Shown one piece after another: positions 55,623 through 64,000 of a stretch of DNA of 64,000 nucleotides. A program made the translations under genes and the position numbers. Position 1 is the first letter of the stretch. Every line of letters starts with the position of its first letter. Location: contig CBFFSA010000002.1 of NCBI GenBank assembly GCA_965644495.1, positions 496,001 through 560,000 of the forward strand, given 5' to 3'. Under the pieces are notes generated by a model that was not told where the DNA came from, searched no databases, and saw only the letters and a list, made by a program, of their open reading frames with translations. Source of the DNA: Perkinsela sp. CCAP 1560/9. Its lineage: Eukaryota > Protista > Euglenozoa: Kinetoplastea.

Positions 55623-57186
55623 CACTATCGTTCAGCTATAAGTCCCCCCCCCCTTTATTTTTGGGTCGCGCGTCCGTTTGACCTAATTCCAGCGGCAAAC
55701 GAGAGATCTCGATCCCCAGCCTATCTTTCCCGGTCTTCTTTTTTTGTAAGAACTTAATATACGTTCATGGCACTCAAAATACTGGTCAAAAATGAGATTT
55801 TCCAATGTACAGTCAAATTTTCCCTTTTATTCTCATTGACACTACCCTTTTTATACCCATGGTGAGGAACCACAGGCCGAGTTACCTCAACTCGGAGCGT
55901 ACGACGCTCGCAATGCGCATTTCGTTTGTTATTGAACGAAAATGCGGTGCTTCCATCATTTCTATCTCTAAAAAATATAAAGTTGATAAAAAAACGGTAA
56001 GAAAATGGGTAAAAAGATGTGAAAGAAATGACTTGACCACCCCAGAGCGAGTTCCCCGAAAAAAAACTACCTTAACGAACCGATACCGTAGGGCGTGCAA
56101 AAGTGCTTGTTTGGAGCTTGCACGGGAAGACCCAGATGGGTGTCCTTCCTTCGCCGCCATCCATGAAAGAATCAAAGATTCGCATGGAGGATCAATTTCC
56201 TCGGTGAAGAGGGCATTGGATTGCGACGACTACGGGCGCATCCGTAAGAGCAAAGACTTGGGACTTACAACTGAGCAGCGCATGAAGCGCGTTGCACTGG
56301 CCCGTGAACTTCTCACTTGGAGCCCAGCCCAAATAAACAATATCATCTGGACGGATGAAAAATCGTTCAATTGCAGTCGCAATGGGCGGCGCCTTTACTA
56401 AATTGGCCGACGCGACGCCCCACGCATGCGGATGACCGCAGCGCACCAGAAGTGGTTTGGTGGTCTGGGGGTTATGGTATGGATGGGGTACAGTGTTACT
56501 CATGGTTGGTGGTTTCATGTCTTTGAGGGGGGGTTATCCATCAAGGCCACCACGGTGTGGGATGGGTTGAATGATACCGGTTTTGTACGATACATTCGCG
56601 ATCACAGACACGCGGTGCTTCAGCTGGATAACGCCCCGACACACACCATCACAAAGGCTCAGATGATCAACAGGCGCTTAGACTGGCCTCCTAAGTCTCC
56701 TGACCTGAACCCAGTGGAAAACATTTGGGCCATGATGGCGCGCTACATAAAAGAAACGCTTCGCCCCAAAAATAGAACTGAATTACGGGAAGTGTGACGT
56801 TTGAGTGGGTACAGAGGGAAATGGGGGAGGTGGTCAAAAAAATGTGTTCAGAGTACTTAAAACGTATGAACAAGGTGTTGGAGAGCGGGGGGTGGAATAT
56901 TGGATATTAAGTTTGTCATTATGTAATCTTCTTTTCCTGCGTTGAGTGTATTTATGGGGTTTTACCCGGCAAATATATCAAAAAATGGATCATTTTTGTA
57001 AAAAAAATCATTTGCTCGGCTCATTTTTCTCAAAAAATAATTCGATCCTAATGAGTCGAGAAAAACCAATTTAAACGGCGGGAAACGCACCTACGTAAAA
57101 TTCTCTACACGTTTAAAAAAAAGATGATAAAAAACAGACCAGTTTTTCAAAATTCGAGGGGGGGGACTTATAGCTGAACGACAGTG
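55623..57186 (+). mobile_element. Near full-length Tc1/mariner element with inactivated transposase
   Basis: ~28-bp TIR CACT(A/G)TCGTTCAGCTATAAGTCCCCC; TA TSD; HTH (TVRKWVKR), WTDEK, LDNAPTH, WPPKSPDLNPVENIW; in-frame TAA at 56399-56401 and a frameshift near 56790. Confidence 0.92.
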
Positions 57187-57894
57187 TATATCGCTTCCCG
57201 CATTTTTACTTAAAACGCATTTTGTCGAAAAAATAATCTTTTGTGTTGCAAATTTTGCATTTTCTATTTTCGTTTTTGGATTTTTCCTGTTTTTTCCCCC
57301 TTTATTGATCACTCATGCCCCAACGAAGTACATTGTATATTAATATTTTATTTGTTTATTTGAATGTGTATAAGCTTAAATAGACCTCTAATTTCTTTAT
57401 GCTCAAGCAATATTTCTGTAGAAACATCAATAGCTGCTTAATAGAAATTTTCAAACCTCAACAACACGCAATCAAGACCGACTAACCCTAAAAGTGGTGA
57501 ATATGTAGAAGGGTGGAAAGCTAATAGGCAAAAATACCCCCTAATATCGCACAGAAAAAAAAAAGTGTTAAACTCCATTGATTCGGTTCCCAATAGGCTT
57601 CGAAACGTACTGCAAAACAATGGAGGACCTGGATATTGATTCGTTGTGGTTTTCTTCTAGGACAAACATTTTTTTTGTTGAAGTCATTTTTTCTGAATAT
57701 GATTAAAAATCCAAAATTTCCGATTTTTGTAAACTTTCGAGTCCCGACAGGGCATCAGGGGGTCTCTATGAAAAAAAGGCGGCAAAGCGCTTCGCCAGGG
57801 GAACGAGATCTCTTCAATGCTGCAAAGATGAGCAAAAACGGATAGAAAAATTTAAAATTCCCAGGAGGGGGCAAGATCAACAACCGCCCCTGTA

Positions 57895-58120
57895 TAATAT
57901 TCTATAATACATTGTATATTACATTGTATATTACACACATGTGCATAGTAATACATTGTATGTGCTATAATACATTGTATGTGCTATAATACATTGTATA
58001 CATTGTATATTACACACATGTGCATAGTACGGTACGATGTACTAAATCTAGTACGGACCCCTATTTTATTATTATTATTAATATATATATTATTAATATT
58101 ATTATTAATATTATTATTAA
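57895..58120. repeat. AT-rich simple repeats (ATACATTGTAT units, (ATT)n)
   Basis: Directly visible. Confidence 0.8.
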
Positions 58121-58299
58121 TCATGCAGCTGAGCTGCAGAGATAATCACTGAGAAAGAAGACACGCACAAAATGTGCTGCTTGCTCAGAAGTCGTCACTG
58201 CTGAAAGTTGAGCACGTCGCGTTCTTCTCGAGGGAAATTCTCTGAGACCCATTTCTCACCCCCAGGAAAAACAAAGCTGACACACAGAATGCTGTGTGA

Positions 58300-58482
58300 A
58301 TGATGGATGTCATAAAGTGCAGAAAAAATCCATTGAACCGTGATTTATTGAAAGAATCCATCACAGCTTCGTACAATGAGCTGCTTAGTGAAGTTGGTTT
58401 CGTTGAACGCACATTAAAAAGTGCGCCAAACAGAATGAGGACTGTTATAGAGAAGGAGCGGGGGGGGCACTGTGGGTACTAG
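58300..58482 (+). pseudogene. Tc1 transposase C-terminal fragment
   Basis: P.NR..L..SI...S.P.RM..VIEK.GG.CGY parallels the C-termini of the two Tc1 ORFs in this window. Confidence 0.65.
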
Positions 58483-58734
58483 GTTCGTCTGCTCTATTTT
58501 ATGCCAAAAAGGTGAAATTTCTTAAAAATCTTGCAATTGACGTTTTTGGCCCTCTTACCATTTCACGATACTGCTAATTATGCAGGAAACAATATATACA
58601 ATATTATTTCATTATAACCATCTCCGTAAACACGCTAGATACCGGTTCCAAGCCCGGCGTCGCTTCTGTCGCATTTGCTAGCTAATAGAAACGTGCTAGC
58701 TAGCTCTGAAGCGAAGTGTGAGGACGGGAAAAAA

Positions 58735-58773
58735 AATCTTTAACGATAAAGATACAGTTTCTGTACCTTGTTG
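58735..58773 (+). other. Spliced-leader exon-like 39-mer (left TSD copy), no GT donor
   Basis: AATCTTTAACGATAAAGATACAGTTTCTGTACCTTGTTG contains the conserved kinetoplastid SL core and ends TTG, but is followed by AATT. Confidence 0.75.
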
Positions 58774-58777
58774 AATT

Positions 58778-61700
58778 CCATTTCATCTCTTTCCGAGGTA
58801 CGGGTTAATTTTTATGTCTGGTATCATCCCCCCCGCAGACACACTTCCTCCCATAGACGACAACAGCGGAAATCCGGACCACGAAGCCGAAGCCATGGAG
58901 ACGGACGACAAATGCTTAGAAATTAATGGCAGAACTCACCGACCGGGGTCTTGGGACCAATTTAAAGGAAACGAACATTTAATCACGGGGACGAGCACCT
59001 ACCATGAAGACGTTTACACGGGGACGAGCACCTACCATGAAGACGTTTACACGACCCCCATCCCTCAGAATATTTCTGAAGATTGGATCCGCCGAACGAA
59101 CGCGATCGTAGGTGGGATTAATGCAACACCGGACACAGGTCACACGGAGGTCGAAAATGAAGAGATGCAACACTCCGCTGTTATCAGGCAAGTAACGCCA
59201 GCGAAGAAGACGAAAGAGGCTTTGAATGCTACACAGCATCTAAGTACACCACTCAAAACTGCTCTATCCGCCCAAGCACGTAGCAATGAGGACATTAAAG
59301 GTCACTCCAAGAAAACCCCTACTCCACGGAGAAATAAGCTCATCCGATACCGGGTAGACCCAGAGACACCTTCACTCTTGCATCCTTATGAACTTATTCC
59401 GGGTCCATCTCAAGAGCAACCAGGAAGAAGACACGAAACCCAGAATATTGAAAACGCTGGCGTTAGCCTCGCTGAGCCCAACTCATTGTCCCAAGGAAAG
59501 TCTGCCGCGCTCCGAGAGTGCCCGGCCCAGGGATGTTCATGGCGCAGTCCGTCGCATGGCGGATCCTGGCAAGCCTTCTATAACCATGTCGCATGCCGGC
59601 ACGGTAACAGCATCCCTAATGAATGGTGGTACAGAGAAGGCCGTTTTCTATGCACCTCATGCGGACGCCACTACGACAACCACAAACGATCATCGCACAC
59701 ACACAGCTGCAAAGGAACGAAAACCGTCGCGCTCCTTTCTCCCGAACTTCTTACTCCACCCAACGAAGTGAGCACCGCACCAACACCAGAGAACACCAAC
59801 TTTGAGCTCCCACCTCTTCCTTCTGTCTGCTCTCTTCAGCTGAGTACGTGCAAAGACGTGCCTTATCGTTGCCGCCAGATCTGGGAAGAAATCCTCTCCT
59901 CCGCCATTCGGAACGCGGTCTCTGAAAACTCCTTACAGGCATGGACGCTTCTGGCCATGCTTCCCAAATGCGTTTTACCAGCTCCGCATCGAGGGGGCCG
60001 CAAAGGCCACATGGCATATGCCTCACATGCGTATAAATGCATGCAGCGTTGGGCGGAACAAGAGTACTCGGACCTATGGAGCGAAGCAATTGTAGCCTGT
60101 CGAAAAAAGCAAAAGTCCCCAACGGAATTCCCTGACGAAGACGAGAAGGCAGCGATTCGAGCAGAACTCCTCGTCCGCCACGGCGAGCTCTCTAGAGGGT
60201 TGGCCTCCCTAACGTCAGATCCAATGGCGCCTGACGATGACGAGACATTTGAAAAATTGCTAGAAAAACACCCCCGCCGTCTTCAAATTGACTCGTGCGA
60301 AAACTGCCCGCCTCCGAACTGCGCTCCACTGGAACTTGACGAACGCGAAGTTGCAAAGACGCTGAAGAGCTTCAACAGGGGTTCCTCTGCCGGCACTATG
60401 GGATTACGCCCAGAGCACCTACAGGCAGCACTGCTCGTACACGGAAATGACTTTCTCCGATCCCTCACAAAGCTAACAAATCACCTCCTAGCTGGGAAGG
60501 CACCCTCTGAAGTACAGGCGCACTTTGCAGGGGCGCGCTTATGCGCCCTATCAAAGGGCGAAAATGATGTTCATCCGATCGCTGCCGGTGAAACCCTTCG
60601 GCGATTAGCGAGCAAAGCCGTATGCAACGCAATCCGACCCAAAGCGAGCGAGCTCTTTGAAGGCAAACAGTACGGAGTGGCAGCGCCAGCCGGGGCCGAA
60701 AGAGTCATTCACATGTGTCGCCTGGCCATGTCGTCCAATATGGAAAACCCGAACTTCGTCATGTGCAAAGTGGACCTACGTAACGCTTTCAATAACGTAA
60801 GCAGGGCTGCCTTCCTTCCACTAGTACAGGAATATTTCCCGGAACTCTTCCCTTGGATCAATTGGTGCTATTCCGACCCCAGCTCTCTTACCTACGGGGC
60901 CCGATTCATCTCCTCCGAGGAAGGAGTACAACAGGGCGATCCCCTAGGACCATTGCTCTTCTCGTTAGTGGCCCTGGAGCTCTCAGAAGCCATTAACCTT
61001 CAAACTGATATTCCCGCCCAACTCTGGTATCTCGACGATGGCGTCCTCGTTGGCCAGGCGCAGGAAGTTAGAGACGCCCTAGACACGATCGCCCGAGTAG
61101 GACCTCAATGGGGCTTGCATCTCAATACGTCGAAATGCGAAATTATTACTTCCCCCAGCTCGGCCCACCAGGCTGATTACTTCCCAGACATACCCGACGA
61201 GAAGATCAATTCGCAGGGGAACTTTGACATACTAGGGAGTCCTGTAGGATCCGCCGACCACTGCTCTGCTTATCTTCTTTCTCACGCCCTAGAACCAGCC
61301 GAGGATACCCTCGATGCCATCACCAACATTCAGGACCCCCAGGTCGCACTTGCCCTAATTCGTCAATGTGCGGGGTTCTGTCAAATGGTGTATGCCATGA
61401 GAAGTACGCCCCCACAGTCCCTGATTCACCTTTGCTCCCGTTTAGACGACTTTCTCATGACCGCTATAGAGGCAATCATCTGTCCTCTGGACAGGTCAGC
61501 ACAATCTCAAGCACAGCGACTGAAGCGCCATGGGGGATTAGGTCTGAGATCCGCAGCTCTCCACGCCTCCGCGGCTTACGTTGCATCCGTCGCCTTTGCC
61601 TCTGCCAAAGATTCCTGGGATCCCACAGACGCTGAAGGTTTCTCGGAGGCCATCCTCGATATCAATCAGAAGGCCGGCACTGCTCTCCTCGATCCCCGAG

Positions 61701-63318
61701 GTCGTGTTCTCACAACTCCCAACGCCCCATGCGAGAAGGCCCTGAGCGCGCCGTACTCCTACCGGAAGAGAAGGCGCCCTCCGCCAGGGATTGATCCTCA
61801 CCCCCCGGACGAGCCTCCGGGACATATTCTTCGTACGACTTCCCGCACGGCCAACACACCCACGGATGCCTACCCACTCTCGACTCCCCTCTATGGTTCT
61901 GAAGAATGCCAGGACATGTTAACCCCACAGTGGCCCAAAGGGAAGATTCCGCGCCAGCGGGTAATCAGTTATGCTATTGCAGCCCATGCGTTTTCCCAGG
62001 AATATGAGACAACTGACGCACGAACCCGTGCAAGGTGGATCTCCCAGTGTGGCACGGGAGCGAGCAGCTGGGCCTTTGTGACTCCTTCGAAAGACCTTGG
62101 GCACGCCTTTACCCCCACACAATTCCGAACTTTGGCCCGTTGGTGGTTAGGCGTGGACATCTACCATGAAGATAGCACGTGCCCCATGCCGAAATGCTCG
62201 CTCCCCCTTGACAGCAAAGGGGACCATGCACTGTCTTGCAAACATGGCCATGGTATTGTGACCAGGCACAACGCTGTTACGGACCAGTTCACGGACGTGT
62301 GCAGTCGATCCCGCCTCGCCCCTCAACGAGAAAAGAGTCTCGGGAACAGGGGCCCAGGTGGGGCCCTCACTAGACCTGGCGACATATACTTGCCCAGCCT
62401 TTTTCTTGGAAATCCCATTGTGCTTGACTTCGCGGTCACCCATGCTCAGCAATTAAAATATACGGACAAAGTCCGAAACGCTAGCTGGGTTGCCGCGGGG
62501 TCATTTGCCGAACATTATTCCTCAATGGAGAAGGGCAAGCAGCGTCGAGAAGCCGTAGAAGCAGGATGCGACTTTACGGCCATGGTGGTCGAAAGTTATG
62601 GCGCCTGGAGCCCCAGCGCTTCAGCCGTGCTCCGAAAAGTCGGTGAGAGGTGTTCGCACGCCTCGGGGGGTCTACTTTCGGAAGGTGAGGCAACGAGCCG
62701 AATCTTCGCTGAACTAAACATAACCCTTATGCGCTTTCAAGCGCGCATGATGGTTGCTCGTTCACCTTCCGAAGACCCCATCGCAACTCTGGAGGAATAG
62801 CCTCCAGAGCGGCCCGAGGCCGATCGAGCCGACAGTGCCTATCCTCACGCCTCGCTTTCACGAGCAAGGTACCCCAATGTGAGACAGGTATGGATTCGGA
62901 ATGTTCATCCGAATCCGGCGATCAAAACCCAACTTCGTGACCGTGCCGCTGTCGGCACATGCCCGCGCCTGCGCCTTCCCGTATAACAAGGGAAGGGTTC
63001 CCAAGCCAGGCCGTGGAGAGGTCGAGAGACCCGGTCCGAAGCGCGCACTGCTGGAAGAAGGAGTGGAGCACGCGCGGATTGATTTCTGGGGGGAAGTGAG
63101 GGAAAGCGGAGGGCAAAGTTTGGAAGGCGCGGATGGATGCTCGGGGGGGGGGAAGTGAGGGAAAGAAGCGGGTGAAGTCGGGAAGTCGCGGATGGTTTCT
63201 TTGGGGGGGGGGGGGAGAAGGGAGAGAAGCGGGCGAAGTTGATAAGGGCGAAGTAAAGTAAGTAGGAAAGTAAGTAAGAAAGTGATACCGTACATTTATA
63301 GAAAGTTAAAAAAAAAAA
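58778..63318 (+). mobile_element. Full-length CRE-clade RLE non-LTR retrotransposon
   Basis: Identical TSD at 58737-58777 and 63319-63359 (41 bp, up to 49 with flanking As); poly(A) at 63308-63318; single intact ORF. Confidence 0.92.
58814..62800 (+). CDS. CRE ORF: LsmAD-like domain, Zn fingers, reverse transcriptase, Zn knuckle, RLE endonuclease
   Basis: C2H2 CPAQGC..HVACRH; RT PIAAGE, DLRNAFN, QQGDPLGP, YLDD; C..C..HALSC..RHN; RPGD..LDFAVTH; VVESYGAW. Confidence 0.93.
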   Translation: MSGIIPPADTLPPIDDNSGNPDHEAEAMETDDKCLEINGRTHRPGSWDQFKGNEHLITGTSTYHEDVYTGTSTYHEDVYTTPIPQNISEDWIRRTNAIVGGINATPDTGHTEVENEEMQHSAVIRQVTPAKKTKEALNATQHLSTPLKTALSAQARSNEDIKGHSKKTPTPRRNKLIRYRVDPETPSLLHPYELIPGPSQEQPGRRHETQNIENAGVSLAEPNSLSQGKSAALRECPAQGCSWRSPSHGGSWQAFYNHVACRHGNSIPNEWWYREGRFLCTSCGRHYDNHKRSSHTHSCKGTKTVALLSPELLTPPNEVSTAPTPENTNFELPPLPSVCSLQLSTCKDVPYRCRQIWEEILSSAIRNAVSENSLQAWTLLAMLPKCVLPAPHRGGRKGHMAYASHAYKCMQRWAEQEYSDLWSEAIVACRKKQKSPTEFPDEDEKAAIRAELLVRHGELSRGLASLTSDPMAPDDDETFEKLLEKHPRRLQIDSCENCPPPNCAPLELDEREVAKTLKSFNRGSSAGTMGLRPEHLQAALLVHGNDFLRSLTKLTNHLLAGKAPSEVQAHFAGARLCALSKGENDVHPIAAGETLRRLASKAVCNAIRPKASELFEGKQYGVAAPAGAERVIHMCRLAMSSNMENPNFVMCKVDLRNAFNNVSRAAFLPLVQEYFPELFPWINWCYSDPSSLTYGARFISSEEGVQQGDPLGPLLFSLVALELSEAINLQTDIPAQLWYLDDGVLVGQAQEVRDALDTIARVGPQWGLHLNTSKCEIITSPSSAHQADYFPDIPDEKINSQGNFDILGSPVGSADHCSAYLLSHALEPAEDTLDAITNIQDPQVALALIRQCAGFCQMVYAMRSTPPQSLIHLCSRLDDFLMTAIEAIICPLDRSAQSQAQRLKRHGGLGLRSAALHASAAYVASVAFASAKDSWDPTDAEGFSEAILDINQKAGTALLDPRGRVLTTPNAPCEKALSAPYSYRKRRRPPPGIDPHPPDEPPGHILRTTSRTANTPTDAYPLSTPLYGSEECQDMLTPQWPKGKIPRQRVISYAIAAHAFSQEYETTDARTRARWISQCGTGASSWAFVTPSKDLGHAFTPTQFRTLARWWLGVDIYHEDSTCPMPKCSLPLDSKGDHALSCKHGHGIVTRHNAVTDQFTDVCSRSRLAPQREKSLGNRGPGGALTRPGDIYLPSLFLGNPIVLDFAVTHAQQLKYTDKVRNASWVAAGSFAEHYSSMEKGKQRREAVEAGCDFTAMVVESYGAWSPSASAVLRKVGERCSHASGGLLSEGEATSRIFAELNITLMRFQARMMVARSPSEDPIATLEE

Positions 63319-63355
63319 TCTTTAACGATAAAGATACAGTTTCTGTACCTTGTTG
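63317..63355 (+). other. Spliced-leader exon-like 39-mer (right TSD copy)
   Basis: Identical to 58735-58773; followed by a pyrimidine-rich ~40-nt spacer and an ATG at ~63396. Confidence 0.75.
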
Positions 63356-63708
63356 AATTATTTCTCCTTTTCTTTCCTACAACATCTTCTGGACCATGGG
63401 AGGGCACCCCCCTCAAATTCTCACTCTGTTGCCGGCAACCCTCCTCCCTCTCTCATCCCATCATCCCCTCGCGTCATGTCTCCCCACCTCTTCCTCCCGC
63501 CTCTGCGCGCTCGTTGTTCTTCTGTCTTTCTCTCTTGCGTCCCCCACCCCCGTGCCAGCAGCCCAAAGTATTGTATACTTGCTCACGGGGTGGGGGCAGA
63601 GTTCCAGACGGATGGGCTGCGGCGTCGTTTTCCCTCGTCTCCGCGTCCGTCCCGCCATGTCCCTCTTCCCGCTTTTTGCCCTTGGCGCGACGGCGTCTTT
63701 GCGCTTCG

Positions 63709-63852
63709 TTACCTCCACGTCTCCCACCCTCGTACAGCAACTCAAAGTATCTGATACTGCTAACGGGGTGGGAGCGGAGGTCACCTCCACATCTCCCACC
63801 CTCGTACAGCAACACAAAGTATCTTATACTGCTAACGGGGTGGGAGCGGAGG
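63709..63852 (+). repeat. ~70-bp tandem duplication
   Basis: ACCTCCAC.TCTCCCACCCTCGTACAGCAAC.CAAAGTATCT.ATACTGCTAACGGGGTGGGAGCGGAGG occurs twice, with a diverged partial copy at ~63545-63600. Confidence 0.8.
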
Positions 63853-64000
63853 CTCTGGACCACATGGGCGCTCGCGCGGACGAGTCGGTATAGGGTAGGG
63901 GGTAAGGACGGGGATGGATGAGAGGGTTAAGGGAAAGTGTGGAAAGTGGGGAGTAAGTACGGTGAAGTGGGGAGAGTAAGTACGGTGAAGTGTGAAAAGT

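Noticed and set aside
31063-56401. Stop-codon reassignment explaining in-frame stops
   Set aside because: The stops occur only in TE remnants alongside frameshifts; long host genes are open under the standard code.
58735-58815. Functional SL RNA gene
   Set aside because: No GT donor after the TTG in either copy and no tandem array; AATTTTTA near 58807 alone is insufficient as an Sm site.
63396-63893. ORF downstream of the SL-like exon as a defined gene
   Set aside because: Low complexity with tandem duplication, no motif, and several overlapping frames equally open; not callable.

Overview
Eukaryotic protist DNA, most likely kinetoplastid. Evidence: a kinetoplastid-type ATP synthase subunit (ATPTB11-like), intronless genes all on the minus strand, and a spliced-leader (SL) exon core GATACAGTTTCTGTAC. 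Bases ~1-26.7 kb are a compact unidirectional gene cluster: ATPTB11-like, PHD-bromodomain, mL49, USP7-like, HBS1-like, ecto-5'-nucleotidase, 5'-nucleotidase-ectodomain receptor kinase, phosducin-like, RRM, PP4/PP6-like pseudogene, TBCC, NBS1-like FHA and NSUN5. This cluster is repeatedly overprinted by ~0.7-1.8 kb 'C-rich arm / CpG-rich core / G-rich arm' skew-switch islands. Bases ~26.8-64 kb are a nested transposon landscape with three more host genes on the same strand (HECT ligase, NIF-like pseudo-phosphatase, hypothetical). It holds a decayed HERO-like RLE retrotransposon with four Mer3/HFM1-type Cys/His knuckles, split by a 1-kb DIRS-like non-autonomous insert; a Harbinger element (TTA TSD); two Tc1 elements; a hAT remnant; many MITEs; a hairpin-ended repeat family; and an intact CRE-clade retrotransposon with an N-terminal LsmAD-like domain. 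The CRE sits in a 41-49 bp duplicated target that is an SL exon lacking the GT donor, located ~125 bp inside what appears to be a second member of the DIRS-like family. Best candidate new system: mobile elements carrying their own cis-encoded spliced leader, parasitised by an SL-targeting CRE. All family calls rest on motif recognition by eye; no searches were run.
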